Shown here in pieces: positions 29,892-40,343 of a stretch of 64,000 nt of DNA. Position 1 is the first letter of the stretch. Every line of letters starts with the position of its first letter. This DNA comes from an uncultured Acidobacteriota bacterium (GTDB taxonomy: Bacteria; Acidobacteriota; Thermoanaerobaculia; Gp7-AA8). Under the pieces are notes generated by a model. The model saw only the letters and a program-made list of their open reading frames with translations. It did not search any database and had not been told where the DNA came from. The stretch spans positions 736,001-800,000 of the forward strand of contig CAWGHO010000002.1 of assembly GCA_963822445.1 (NCBI GenBank), in the 5' to 3' direction. The position numbers and the translations under genes are program-made.

Positions 29892-31151
29892 ATGAAAACC
29901 ATCCCCAGATCGAGACCGCTCGATGCGGCCGTGACCGTTCCGCCGTCGAAGTCGTACAGCGTGCGCGCGCTGCTGCTCGCGGCAATGTCCAGCGGCACGA
30001 CAACCATCACGAACTGCCTCGACGCCGACGACACCCGCTACGTCCTCGAAGCCCTGAAAACGCTCGGCTTCGACATCGGCGGCTCGTTTCAGCGAGAGCT
30101 GTACATCGGCGAGCGGAAGTCGATGTCGGCGAATGAAGTCCCGATCTTCGTCGGCAACGCGGGCACGGCCATGCGCTTCTTCACCGGCTGGCTGGCATTC
30201 ACGCCCGGCCGCTTTCTGCTGCATGGCGAGGCGCGCATGCATCAGCGACCGATCGGCGATCTGGTCGACGTCCTTCGCACGCTCGATGCGGAAGTCGAAT
30301 ATGTCGAGGTCGAAGGTTTTCCGCCGCTGCGGATCCGCGGGAAGAAGATGCGCGGCGGATTCGACGTCACCATTTCCGCAGAAACGTCGAGCCAATTCGT
30401 GTCGGCGCTGATGCTCGGCGGCGCGACGCTGCCCGACGGCATCACACTCCGGATCGCGAAGCTCGCTTCGGGTCCGTACATCGACATCACCGCGGACATC
30501 CTCACCACCTTCGGCGCGAACGTGACCCGCGAAGACGACGTCGTTCGCGTTCGCGCGGGACGGCTGGCGACGAGCGAGTACCGCGTCGAGGGCGACTGGT
30601 CATCGGCGTCGTACTGGTTCGCCGCAGCCGCGGCGACAGGCGGAACGATGCGCGTGCGCGGCCTCGCTGTTCCCACCGCGCAGGGCGATTCGGGATTCGT
30701 GGACATCCTCGCGGCCATGGGTTGCGCGGTGGACGTGTCGCCGGAGGAGATCGTGGTTCGCGGGCCGGAAAAGCTCCGCGGCGGCACGTTCGACTGCAAC
30801 GCCACTCCCGACATCGTTCCCACCCTCGCCGCGATCGCGCCACTGGCCGACTCGCCGGTCGAGATCGTGAACGTCGCCAACCTCCGGGTGAAGGAGTCCG
30901 ATCGCCTGGCCACGGTCACCTCCGAGCTCCGCCGCCTCGGCGCCACGGTCGAGGAACGGCCGGATTCGCTGCTCATCCACCCCGGGTGGTCGGACGAGGC
31001 GGCGGTCATCGAGACCCACAACGACCACCGCATCGCCATGGCCTTCGCCATCGCCGGCCTGGCCCGGGGGAACGTCACGATCGGCAAGGAACAGGTGGTC
31101 TCGAAGTCGTATCCCCGCTTCTGGCGGACACTGGAAGAGACCCTGTCATAA
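29892..31151 (+). CDS. aroA: 3-phosphoshikimate 1-carboxyvinyltransferase
   Basis: PPSKS, GNAGTAMR, SSQFVSAL, LRVKESDR, DHRIAMAF, KSYP. Confidence 0.95.
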   Translation: MKTIPRSRPLDAAVTVPPSKSYSVRALLLAAMSSGTTTITNCLDADDTRYVLEALKTLGFDIGGSFQRELYIGERKSMSANEVPIFVGNAGTAMRFFTGWLAFTPGRFLLHGEARMHQRPIGDLVDVLRTLDAEVEYVEVEGFPPLRIRGKKMRGGFDVTISAETSSQFVSALMLGGATLPDGITLRIAKLASGPYIDITADILTTFGANVTREDDVVRVRAGRLATSEYRVEGDWSSASYWFAAAAATGGTMRVRGLAVPTAQGDSGFVDILAAMGCAVDVSPEEIVVRGPEKLRGGTFDCNATPDIVPTLAAIAPLADSPVEIVNVANLRVKESDRLATVTSELRRLGATVEERPDSLLIHPGWSDEAAVIETHNDHRIAMAFAIAGLARGNVTIGKEQVVSKSYPRFWRTLEETLS

Positions 31152-31167
31152 TCCCGCGCCTTCCTTC

Positions 31168-32500
31168 ATGAACGCCTGGTATCTGTTTCTTGCCTTCCTG
31201 TTCGTGCTCGCCAACGGGTTCTTCGTGGCCGCCGAATTCGCGATCGTCAAAGTGCGGTCGACGCAGCTCACCGAGCTTGCCGAGGGGGAGCGTGCGGGCG
31301 AAGATGGCTCGCAAGCTCACCCGGAAGCTGGACGCCTACCTCTCCGCGACGCAGCTCGGCATCACCCTCTCGTCACTGGCCCTGGGATGGATCGGCGAGC
31401 CGGCCTTCCATCACATGCTCCAGCCGATCTTCACCAATCTCCAGATCGGTCCCAAGGCCGCAACCTCGATCTCCGCGACGGTGGCCTTCACCATCATCTC
31501 CGTCCTGCACATCGTCCTCGGCGAGCTCGCCCCGAAATCGATCGCCATCCAGAAACCGGTTGGCACCTCGCTGTGGGTCGCGCATCCGTTGCACGCGTTT
31601 TACGTCATCACCTACCCGGCGATCTGGCTGCTGAACGGCGTCTCGCGCGCGATTCTCAAGGTGTTCGGCATTCATCCGACCAGCGAGCATCTCGAAGCCG
31701 CGCACTCGCCGGAAGAGCTGCGGCTGATCCTGGCCAGCTCGGAGAAAGCGGGCATTCTCTCGGAGGAAAACCGGGAGATCATCGAAGGGGTCTTCCAATT
31801 CTCCAAGCGGACGGCGCGGCAGATCATGGTTCCGCGCACCGACGTGGTCGTGCTCTCGACGACGCGATCGATCGAGGAAAACCTCGAGACCATCCGCACC
31901 ACGCGCCACACCCGCTATCCGCTCTGCGACGGATCGCTCGATCAGACCATCGGCCTGATTCACGTGAAGGACCTGATGCTCGCGCAACTGCGCGGACCGG
32001 GCCGGCGCCTCGAGGATCTCAAGCGCGACATTCTCTTCGTCCCCGAGAACAGCACCGTGGAGTCGCTGCTCTCCCAGTTCATCGAACACAAGACTCACAT
32101 GGCCGTCGTGCTCGACGAATACGGCGGATCGTCGGGGATCGTGTCGCTGGAGAACATCACCGAGGAGCTGTTCGGGCAGATTCAGGACGAGTTCGATCGC
32201 GAGCGCCCCGAGATCGAGCCGTTGGGCAACGGCCGCTATCGCGTTCGCGGCGACTATCTGATCGAGGATCTCGCCGACCGGTTGAAGATCGATCTCGGCG
32301 ATCCCGAGGAAGAGACTGTCGGTGGATTCGTCGCGGCGCGTCTGGGCCGGGAAGTGACGCCCGGCGATCACGTGGACATGAGCGATCTGTCGATCACCGT
32401 CCTCGAGGCCGAGCGGTTCCGCGTTCGCTGGGTGATGGTGCAGATCGCGATGCCGGATACGGAGATCGCGCCCGACGAGCCGGAGCGCGAGGCGGATTGA
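31168..32500 (+). CDS. Hemolysin-family/CNNM (DUF21-CBS-CorC) protein with apparent frameshift near 31284-31288
   Basis: N-terminus LANGFFVAAEFAIV is in one frame. QLGITLSSLALGWIGEP, GELAPK and the CBS pair are in the next. The switch is at a G5 run. Confidence 0.85.
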
Positions 32501-32501
32501 T

Positions 32502-32590
32502 TGGAGTGCGGCGGCTCTGCCGCCGCTTTCGCAGCGCGCGAGAGCGCGCCTCCGGCGGATAGAAAGCGGCGGCAGAGCCGCCGCACTCCA
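32502..32590. repeat. REP doublet (REPIN-like), GGAGTGCGGCGG family
   Basis: Same arms as 15097-15185, with the spacer motif in the opposite orientation. Confidence 0.9.
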
Positions 32591-32593
32591 TCC

Positions 32594-32740
32594 CTACTTC
32601 CGGTCTTTCGATCGGGTGATGAGGCGCTGCACGAAGCTCCATGCGCGGGACATCACGCCGGGCTCCTCGTGGTGCACCGTGGCGCCGTGGCGCGCGTAGC
32701 GGGACTCTTTCAAGATCCTGTCGGTTTCCTGGATTCGCAT
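32594..32740 (-). CDS. Small 48-aa protein (not in ORF track)
   Basis: AGGAGG 6 nt before ATG. MRIQETDRILKESRYARHGATVHHEEPGVMSRAWSFVQRLITRSKDRK. Fills the gap between the LOG gene and the REP. Confidence 0.6.
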   Translation of the reverse strand: MRIQETDRILKESRYARHGATVHHEEPGVMSRAWSFVQRLITRSKDRK

Positions 32741-32785
32741 CGCTAACCTCCTGTCATCTCTTGGAGTTGCGAGGCGGGTGCCATG

Positions 32786-33514
32786 TTATTTTGCGTCAGC
32801 AATCGCCTTCTCGTGGTACGCCACGACGATGTCACGAACCTGCTCCGGTTCATCGACCACGTGAATGCTGTCGACGTCTTCCTGGGAGATGTTGTTCGCG
32901 CTCAGCACGCGCGCCCGCAGCCAGTCGATGAGCCCGGCCCAGTACTCGCTGCCGTACAGGATCACCGGAAAATCGGAGATCTTCTTGGTCTGGATGAGCA
33001 CCAGCGCACCGAACAGCTCGTCGAGCGTCCCGAAGCCTCCCGGAAAGGTGATGAAGGCCTCGGAGTACTTGATGAACATCGTCTTCCGCACGAAGAAGTA
33101 GCGGAAGACCATGCCCTTGTCGACGAAGGTGTTGAGCTCCTGCTCGAAGGGCAGCTCGATGTTGCAACCGATCGAAAGCGCGCCGCCCTGCTTCGCCCCT
33201 TTGTTGGCCGCCTCCATGATTCCCGGCCCGCCGCCGGTGATGATGCTGAAGCCCGCTTCGCCGAGGAGCTTTGCGGTGCGTACGGCGTCGTTGTAGTAGC
33301 GGTCGGAAAGCGCCGTCCGCGCCGAGCCGAAAATCGACACCGCCGGATAGACGTCGGCGAGGTGATCGAACCCGGAGACGAACTCGCTGGTGATCCGCAA
33401 CACGCGCCAGGAGTCGCTCTGCAGCGTCTCCGCGCGCGAAGGGCGATCGAGCAGCTTGCGATCCTCCAGCGCGGACTTGGGGGTGGGAGGGACGTGGTGG
33501 GTGGGGTCGGACAT
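32786..33514 (-). CDS. LOG family protein (TIGR00730-like)
   Basis: IFGSAR, TGGGPGIMEAAN, FFVRKTMF, PGGFGTLDE. Confidence 0.92.
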   Translation of the reverse strand: MSDPTHHVPPTPKSALEDRKLLDRPSRAETLQSDSWRVLRITSEFVSGFDHLADVYPAVSIFGSARTALSDRYYNDAVRTAKLLGEAGFSIITGGGPGIMEAANKGAKQGGALSIGCNIELPFEQELNTFVDKGMVFRYFFVRKTMFIKYSEAFITFPGGFGTLDELFGALVLIQTKKISDFPVILYGSEYWAGLIDWLRARVLSANNISQEDVDSIHVVDEPEQVRDIVVAYHEKAIADAK

Positions 33515-33521
33515 GCGTAAT

Positions 33522-33612
33522 GGTAGGCGGTAGGCGGTGTGCGGTAGGCGGGAGTTCGTTCCCCCGCCTACCGCCTACCGCGAGGCGCCATGAGGCGCCG
33601 TACCGCCTACTG
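33522..33612. repeat. Inverted heptamer-array element, unit GGTAGGC
   Basis: (GGTAGGC)x4 with one variant, then a spacer, then CCGCCTA units interrupted by a GC-rich insert. Includes the TAG of the adjacent gene. Confidence 0.85.
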
Positions 33613-34089
33613 TCTCAGCCGAATCACCGCGGTCTCGATCAGCTTGTCCCCCGGCAGGCCTTCCTGCCAGGCAGTGGCCTTGATGCTGGCCGTTTCGCGC
33701 ATCGTTCCGAACGCGGTGCGCACGCGGAAGCGGATGCCCGAGCGCTCCTGCACCTGGATGTTGCCGAACGTGAAGCGATACATGTTCGAGCCCGGCGTGT
33801 GGATCACGTTGATCCCTTCGTCATTGGTCTGGTCCATGACGACCAGCTGCGGCGGGAGCTCGACTTCGAGCAACACGTTCTGGATGTTGTTCACGCCGAC
33901 GTTGCTCACGTTGATGTCCAAGTTGTCGACACCAGCCTCGGGCAGGTCATCCGGGTGCTCGATGTTCAGCTTCAGGATCTGGCCGCGCGAGGTCACGGCC
34001 ATGCCGTTGCTCTTGCACGCGGTCGTCGCCATCAGGGTGACCGCGAGGAGCGCAATCACTGCAATGGACAGAAGTTGTCTGCGTCTCAT
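33607..34089 (-). CDS. Hypothetical lipoprotein with Ig-like domain
   Basis: Has its own SD (AAAGGAG) and leader MRRRQLLSIAVIALLAVTLMATTAC. Fused to the upstream gene in the ORF track only through an apparent frameshift. Confidence 0.7.
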   Translation of the reverse strand: MRRRQLLSIAVIALLAVTLMATTACKSNGMAVTSRGQILKLNIEHPDDLPEAGVDNLDINVSNVGVNNIQNVLLEVELPPQLVVMDQTNDEGINVIHTPGSNMYRFTFGNIQVQERSGIRFRVRTAFGTMRETASIKATAWQEGLPGDKLIETAVIRLRQ

Positions 34090-34133
34090 AAATCTCCTTT
34101 CGGAGAAGTTATTTGCAAACACGGAGCCCGCGG

Positions 34134-35796
34134 TCAGGGGACGTCGACGCGGGTACAGGTCCTCGCCGGAAATCTTGATATGGCGGGACTTACCGTTCAC
34201 GACGTCGAGGAACTGCACCCACTCCGGGCAGTGTTCGGGATCGGCGATGCGGAACGTGTTCGCGTCCACCGGCCTCAGCGGCGCGACGCCATCCAGCCAG
34301 AGCTGGCCCTGCCTGGCGACGACGCGCGTCGAGCCCACCCAGGCGCTCTCGCCGCGGTAGTGGCCGACGAAGGCGTTCCAAGCCGCGGGAACGGTGAAGG
34401 TCTTCTCGCCGGCGTACTGCTCGCCCATCCAGATCCGTCCTCCGTGCGCGACTGTTTTCGCCTTCGCGTCGAAGAGGAACGGGAACAGCTCGAGCTCCGG
34501 TGTGCGCACGATGGCCTGGCCGCGCGGAAACTCCACGCGATGCCGCTTGCCGCCGCGAATCAGCATCAGACCTTCGCCGTCGACCACGAATTCGAGCTTG
34601 TCGCCGTCGGGCGAGGTGTAGATGCCGGCCAGGTCCTTCGCATTCGGCGCTGTCATCGGATCGGCTGATGCGGGCACATCGGGCATCGGCTTGCCCGCGT
34701 TTGCGGCGCGGATCGCGCGAACCGCGTACGTCGTCACGGGATTGGGGCGATATCCGAGCTGCGCGTTGATCGACGCGAACGCGCCGATGCCGTCATCGAG
34801 ATCGATGTGCGTCGCCGACATGAACGAGACCATGCCGCCCGTGTGGCGGATCATCCGGTGCTCGTCGAGCTTTCCGGTGAACCATCCGTAGCCGTACGAC
34901 TCGTCGTTGTCACCGGTCGGGACGTAACCGGTGACCCATTCGTCGAAGGTCTTCTCGGCGAGAAGACCCTTGCCGCGATTGGCGATCATCTTCAGATACA
35001 AACCCATGTCCGCCGGCGTCGAAGAGATGCTTCCCGCGGCGTTGTCCATGATGATCTGCGGTGCGTCGGCCAGCCGCCCCACGCGCGGATGCGGGCGATC
35101 GGAGAGGAACGGGAGATAGCTGTTCGCCGTGCGGGGGCGGGTGTCGTGGCCGATGTAGGCGATGCTCGACTTCATGGCCAGAGGCTCGAAGATGCGCGCG
35201 CGGATGGCGTCGGGATACGGCCGGCCGTCGAGCGTCTCGATCAGGTAGCCGAGCATGTGATAGCCGACGTTGCAGTACCAGAAATGCGCGCCCGGCGTGA
35301 ATCCCGCCGTGTGCTTGCCGTTGGGATCCGTCGGGAAAACGGGCGCCCAGCTCGGAAGTCCGGACGAGTGCGTGAGCAGATGGTGGGTGGTGATGACCTC
35401 GCGCGGCTCGACGCGAAGCCACGGCAGATACTTCGTCACCGGCGCGTGCAGATCGATCTTCCCTTCATCGCGCAGTAGCAGCAGCGCCGCGGCGGTGAAG
35501 GATTTGCTGATCGACCCGATCTGGAAAAGATGATCGGGCCGCACCGGCTCTTTGCGTTCGAGATCGCTCAGTCCATACGTGGCCACGCGCAGCACCGCAC
35601 CACGATCGGCGATGGCCAGCGTGAGGCCCGGCGCGTCCATCGATCGCATGTAACGCTCGACCATCGCGTCGATGGCTTTGAAGGCGGCCGCGTACTTCGG
35701 CGCGTCGGCGGCGAAGACCGTATCGGTGACCACGAAGCGCAGCGCGGTCGCGGCCGCGGCGCTGTTGATCAACAACTCTCTTCTGGTGAGCGTCAT
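34134..35796 (-). CDS. Tat-exported serine hydrolase (beta-lactamase/AmpC-like family)
   Basis: TRRELL Tat motif, GSISKSF, LLTHSSG, YCN, HTGG. Removing one C near 34152 gives the end LYRVDVP*. Confidence 0.85.
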
Positions 35797-35819
35797 AGTT
35801 GCATATCGTACGAGAACGA

Positions 35820-36761
35820 ATGGCTTACTACATCGGCGTTGACGGCGGCGCCTCCAAAACCGCCGCGATCGTCGTCGACGAAAACGATAGGAAACTCGGA
35901 AGCGGTCTGGCCGGCGCGTCGAACCATCTCCGCGTCGGCATCGAAGAAGCGACCCGCAACATCGAACGAGCCGTGAACACGGCCCTCGTCGAAGCAGGCA
36001 TCGCCATCCGCGACGTCGAGTACGCGTACTGCGGCATCGCCGGCTCCGACCATCCCGCGCATCGGCAGAAGGTGATCGACGCGCTGAAGGTCTTCCTCCC
36101 CCGCGGCAACTTCATCGTCGACACTGACGCGCGCGTCGCCCTCACCGGCGCCATCGGCTTCGGCGCGGGCGTGGTGATCATCTCCGGCACGGGCTCCGTC
36201 GCCTTTGGCCGGAACACCAGCGGCGACGAAGCCCGCGCCGGCGGCTGGGGCCCGACCCTCGGCGACGAAGGCAGCGGCTACTGGATCGCCCGCGAAGGTC
36301 TGTCGGCCGTCGTGCGCGCGCACGACGCGCGCGGCTTCCACACGTTGATGACGGACCTGATCTGCGAGGAATACGGCATGTGCAATGCCGAGGAGCTGCC
36401 GAAGTTCGTTTATGCGACGACGACGCATGCGGACGACATTGCGAAGTACGGGAAGGTCGTGATCGAGGCCGCGCAGGCCGACGATGACGTGGCCAGGGAC
36501 ATCCTCGCCCGCGGAGGCGCGGAGCTCGTCGAATGCGTGCTCGCCGTTGCGCGCAAGCTGCACATGACCGATGACGAGTTCCCCGTCGCGTACGTCGGCG
36601 GCGCGTTCCATGCCGGCGAGCTCCTTCTGAGCCCGATGCGCCTGCGCCTACAGCGCGACGCGCCCGGGGCCACGCTCATTCCGCCGCATCGGCCTCCGGT
36701 GGAGGGGGCGGCGATGATGGCCATGCACGCCGCAGCGCAGCCGAGACCCGGTCGCGAGTAG
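35820..36761 (+). CDS. BadF/BadG/BcrA/BcrD-family sugar (GlcNAc-type) kinase
   Basis: IGVDGGASKT, ISGTGS, GGWGPTLGDEGSGYWI. Confidence 0.88.
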   Translation: MAYYIGVDGGASKTAAIVVDENDRKLGSGLAGASNHLRVGIEEATRNIERAVNTALVEAGIAIRDVEYAYCGIAGSDHPAHRQKVIDALKVFLPRGNFIVDTDARVALTGAIGFGAGVVIISGTGSVAFGRNTSGDEARAGGWGPTLGDEGSGYWIAREGLSAVVRAHDARGFHTLMTDLICEEYGMCNAEELPKFVYATTTHADDIAKYGKVVIEAAQADDDVARDILARGGAELVECVLAVARKLHMTDDEFPVAYVGGAFHAGELLLSPMRLRLQRDAPGATLIPPHRPPVEGAAMMAMHAAAQPRPGRE

Positions 36762-37754
36762 ATGCTCGACTTCCTCGCGCGCGCGATCGACCTCGATCTG
36801 CTGCTGATCCTTTTCGCGCTGCTGGTGACTGTCGAGATTCTTCGCGCGTCCGGCTGGCTCGATCTGATCGTGAAGCTGGTCGTGACGCGCTTCCGCACCA
36901 CGCGCGGGTTCGCCATCGGCATGATCGCGTTCAGCGGACTGCTCGCGGCGCTGGTCACGAACGACGTGACGCTGTTCGTGGTGATCCCCTTCACCGTGAT
37001 CGCCAGCCGCTTCTCCGATTTCGACGTCGAGGACGCGGTGGTCCTGGAGATCATCGCCTCGAACCTGATCGGCTGCCTCACACCCCTCGGCAATCCGCAG
37101 AACCTCTTTCTCTTTCATCGCAGCGGATGGAGTGCGGCGCAGTTCGTGATGACGATGCTGCCGTTCGTGGCCTGGTGCGCGGTCGGCTTGCTAGTGGCCG
37201 CGTTCTTTCTCGGCAAGTCGCGTCCGATGAAAGTGAACGAAGTCGAGCTGCCTCCGCGCAATGGTTACGCGGGTCTCGCCGGGGCGATCTGCTTCGCGCT
37301 GGTGTTGCTCGAAGTCGCACGAGTGCTCACCGCCTGGCCGGCTGCGATCGCGGCACTGATCGCGGGTGTGTTTTTTCTGCGCAAACGGATGCTGAAGACG
37401 GATCTGTCGATCATTCCCATGTTCTTCGTGGCCTTCATCGTCGTCGAAGGATTGCGCTCGCTCGAGCTGCCGCGACCGGATGTCTACTTCACGTCGATCG
37501 CGCTGTCGCAGGTGATCTCGAACGTTCCCGCGGCGGTGCTACTCGCGCCGTTCACGAACGGCGAATGGCGCGAGCTGCTGTATGGCGTAAGCGCCGGCGG
37601 CTGCGGCACGATCATCGCCTCCCTGGCCAACCTTCTCGGCTGGCGCATCTACGTCCGCGAATCGAACCGCGATCCCCGCTTCTTCCGCCGCCTCACCGCG
37701 ATCAACTTCGCGTTTCTCGGGTGGGCGGCGGTTGGGGGATGGGCGCTCATCTGA
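36762..37754 (+). CDS. SLC13/ArsB-like (YbiR-type) permease
   Basis: LVTND, LTPLGNPQN, SQVISNVPA, IASLANL. Confidence 0.85.
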   Translation: MLDFLARAIDLDLLLILFALLVTVEILRASGWLDLIVKLVVTRFRTTRGFAIGMIAFSGLLAALVTNDVTLFVVIPFTVIASRFSDFDVEDAVVLEIIASNLIGCLTPLGNPQNLFLFHRSGWSAAQFVMTMLPFVAWCAVGLLVAAFFLGKSRPMKVNEVELPPRNGYAGLAGAICFALVLLEVARVLTAWPAAIAALIAGVFFLRKRMLKTDLSIIPMFFVAFIVVEGLRSLELPRPDVYFTSIALSQVISNVPAAVLLAPFTNGEWRELLYGVSAGGCGTIIASLANLLGWRIYVRESNRDPRFFRRLTAINFAFLGWAAVGGWALI

Positions 37755-39399
37755 CGGCGAGCGACTTGTCCCTCACCGCCCGGAACTCCTCTCCTTCGAA
37801 CCAGTTCGGCATCTCCGCGGCGTTCGCCGCTTCGAGGCCGAGCCAGTACGCGAGCTGGCCCATCTGCACGGCGGCGCTGAAATCCCAGGCCGGGTCGAAT
37901 TCGTCGCTGGCCTGGTGATAGTGCTTGTCGCGGTACTCCTTCACCTTCGCGCGGCCCCACTCCGGCGGCTTGCCCCGGACCTCCGAGCCCTGCTTGATCG
38001 ACAGCGCGGGGACGCCGACCTTGGCCATGCTGAAGTGATCGGAGCGGTAGTACGAGCCCTGCTCCGGCGCCTGGTCGGGAACGATGGTCAGGCCCATGGC
38101 CTTGGTCACCTTCTGCGCGGACGGGAAGAAGGTCATGCGATCGACGCCGATCATGGTCACGTTCTCGACCTGCCCGAAGAGATAGAGCGCGTCGAGATTC
38201 AGATTCAGGGCGATGCGCCCCGCCGGGATGGCTGGTTTCTGGCCGAAGTACTCCGAGCCGAGAAGGCCCTGCTCTTCCGCGGCGACGAGGGCGAAGAGGA
38301 TGCTGCGTTTCGGCCGCGGATTGGCCTTGCTCCAGACGCGGGCGATCTCCAGCACCGTGCCGACGCCGCTGGCGTTGTCAATGGCGCCGTTGTAGATCGA
38401 GTCGCTGGGATCCTTCGTGTCGGGCATGCCCACGCCGATGTGATCGTGATGCGCGGTGTACAGCACGGCTTCGTCCTTCAGCTTCGGATCGCTGCCTTCG
38501 ATCTTCGCTACGACGTTCGCCGTATCGAACGGACGGATCGTGCTCTCGATGTGGGCGTTGAGCTTCACCCCGAGCGGCACCGGCTTGAAGTCGCGCGAGG
38601 CCGCCGCTTTGGTCAGCGTGGCCAGATCGAGACCGGCGCTCTTGAACAATTCCTGCGCGGACTTTTCGGTAATCCAACCCGCGAAATCGAGGGCGTGCTC
38701 GCCGGGCTGATTGCGGACATAAGCCTGCTCGCCGCCCCAGGAGTTGCGCACGACCGCCCAGCCGTAACCCGCCGCGGCGTCGGTGTGGATCAGCATCACC
38801 GCGGCGGCGCCCTTCGTTGCGCCGATCTCGTACTTGTACGTCCACCGGCCGTAATACGTGCGCGCGCGGCCGCGGAAAAGATCGGGCTCGCGCTCATTCG
38901 CCGGCGGATCGTCGACCAGCATCACCAGCGTCTTGCCGCGCGTGTCGATGCCCTTGTAGTCGTCCCATTTGTATTCGGGCGCGACCACGCCGTGACCGAC
39001 GAAGATCACGTCGGAGTCGATCTCCGTCGATTCGACCTGGCTCTGATTGCCGCCCGCGAATTCATCGCGATACTTCAGCGGGCCGAGGACGGCCGCGCCG
39101 TTCTTCGTGAAGGCCAGGCGGGACTTGTCGCCCTCGGTAGTGAGGCCGAGCAGCGAGACTTTCTGAAAGTACGTGCCGTCGTCGCCGGCCGGCTGGATGC
39201 CCATGGCCTCGAACTGCGTGGCGATGTAGCTGGCGGTCAGCGCGTCGCCGCGCGTGCCCGGGCCGCGTCCTTCGAGAAGGTCGCTGGAGAGGAACTTCAC
39301 GTGCGCGCGGATCGCGTCGGCGCGGAAGTCATCGAGCGCCGCGGGGGTCTGCGCGAGTGTCGGAAGAGCGAGGAGAGCCAAAGCCAGGAGTCTCGACAT
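37747..39399 (-). CDS. M28 family peptidase with PA domain
   Basis: LSSDLLEGRGPG, TAHHDH, NGAIDNASG, AEEQGLLGS, RSDHF, YHQASD. Confidence 0.9.
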   Translation of the reverse strand: MSRLLALALLALPTLAQTPAALDDFRADAIRAHVKFLSSDLLEGRGPGTRGDALTASYIATQFEAMGIQPAGDDGTYFQKVSLLGLTTEGDKSRLAFTKNGAAVLGPLKYRDEFAGGNQSQVESTEIDSDVIFVGHGVVAPEYKWDDYKGIDTRGKTLVMLVDDPPANEREPDLFRGRARTYYGRWTYKYEIGATKGAAAVMLIHTDAAAGYGWAVVRNSWGGEQAYVRNQPGEHALDFAGWITEKSAQELFKSAGLDLATLTKAAASRDFKPVPLGVKLNAHIESTIRPFDTANVVAKIEGSDPKLKDEAVLYTAHHDHIGVGMPDTKDPSDSIYNGAIDNASGVGTVLEIARVWSKANPRPKRSILFALVAAEEQGLLGSEYFGQKPAIPAGRIALNLNLDALYLFGQVENVTMIGVDRMTFFPSAQKVTKAMGLTIVPDQAPEQGSYYRSDHFSMAKVGVPALSIKQGSEVRGKPPEWGRAKVKEYRDKHYHQASDEFDPAWDFSAAVQMGQLAYWLGLEAANAAEMPNWFEGEEFRAVRDKSLAVR

Positions 39400-39422
39400 A
39401 GGTGGGAGAATGAACACGCGCC

Positions 39423-40031
39423 ATGGGAAATGAAGTCCTCACTCGCGTCGAGATCGGCGGCGAGCACGCCGAGGCCAGGGCCTTGCTCGAGACCGATGAG
39501 GTCATCGTGCGCGGCGCGCTGAAGGCGAAGATCCCCTTCAAGGAGATGAAGGACGTGCGCGCTGAGAACGGCGTCCTCTCCCTGCGCTGGAAGGATCGCG
39601 ACGTGCGCATTCACGTCGGGCGGGACGCGGCGAAGTGGGCGGAGAAGATCCGCAATCCGAAAAGCGTGCTCGACAAGCTCGGCGTGAAGTCCGGGCAGAA
39701 GGTCTCGATCATCGGCGAGGTCGACGGCGCGTTCACCGAACAGCTCGAGGCCCGTGTGGCCGAGGTCTCGCTGAAGGCGCGGCCGGAGCGGGATCTGATT
39801 TTCTTCGCCGCGAACCGCCGCGAGGACCTGGGCCGTCTCGAGGAGCTCCGCCGTGCGCTTCAGCCCGCCGGCGCGATCTGGGTCCTGCGCCCGAAAGGCC
39901 ATCCTGCCATCAGCGAGAGCGACGTCATGGCCGCCGGCAAGGCCGCGGGGCTGGTGGACGTGAAAGTCGTCCGCTTCTCGGAGACCCACACCGCGGAAAA
40001 GCTGGTCATACCCACCGCCAAAAGGGCGTAA
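39423..40031 (+). CDS. Hypothetical protein with DUF3052-like C-terminal domain
   Basis: LDKLGVK, GAIWVLRPKG, GLVDVKV. Confidence 0.7.
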   Translation: MGNEVLTRVEIGGEHAEARALLETDEVIVRGALKAKIPFKEMKDVRAENGVLSLRWKDRDVRIHVGRDAAKWAEKIRNPKSVLDKLGVKSGQKVSIIGEVDGAFTEQLEARVAEVSLKARPERDLIFFAANRREDLGRLEELRRALQPAGAIWVLRPKGHPAISESDVMAAGKAAGLVDVKVVRFSETHTAEKLVIPTAKRA

Positions 40032-40101
40032 CTGAATCGTCACAGAAATATCTACGTGGGGGAGGGTAGGGATTTCGTGCCTTAAATCACTCCTGAGTAG
40101 A

Positions 40102-40329
40102 GTGATGAATAAAGCACCAATCGAGTTCGACGCCGTAAACGCCGTATACCTTCCGATGTCCGAGCGGGTCCTCGACAAACTCGCGGACATCCTGCTCGCC
40201 ACCGACGAGATCCTCGACATGATCCGCGTCGAAGAACGCCTCTTCGACCCGACCTCCGTCACCGTCGAGACGTCCGTGCAGAAGGTGTATGACGAAGTCA
40301 ATGAGCTGATGAAGAAGCTTGTTGATTAG
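40102..40329 (+). CDS. Small hypothetical helical protein
   Basis: 75-aa ORF with typical codon usage in its body. Confidence 0.6.
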   Translation: MMNKAPIEFDAVNAVYLPMSERVLDKLADILLATDEILDMIRVEERLFDPTSVTVETSVQKVYDEVNELMKKLVD

Positions 40330-40343
40330 CGCGGTGCCCGCGC

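Noticed and set aside
29804-30136. ORFs beginning MQNAECRMQN or MECGGSAAA
   Set aside because: These are translations of the repeat elements, not genes. The real aroA start is at 29892.
33607-35796. 729-aa beta-lactamase-lipoprotein fusion in the ORF track
   Set aside because: The downstream part has its own SD and signal peptide, and one extra C explains the read-through.
40030-40101. Possible ncRNA or riboswitch in AT-richer intergenic gaps (also 10493-10624 and 62866-62990)
   Set aside because: No recognisable conserved RNA motif. These regions are more simply promoters. An Rfam/Infernal scan would be needed to exclude an RNA.
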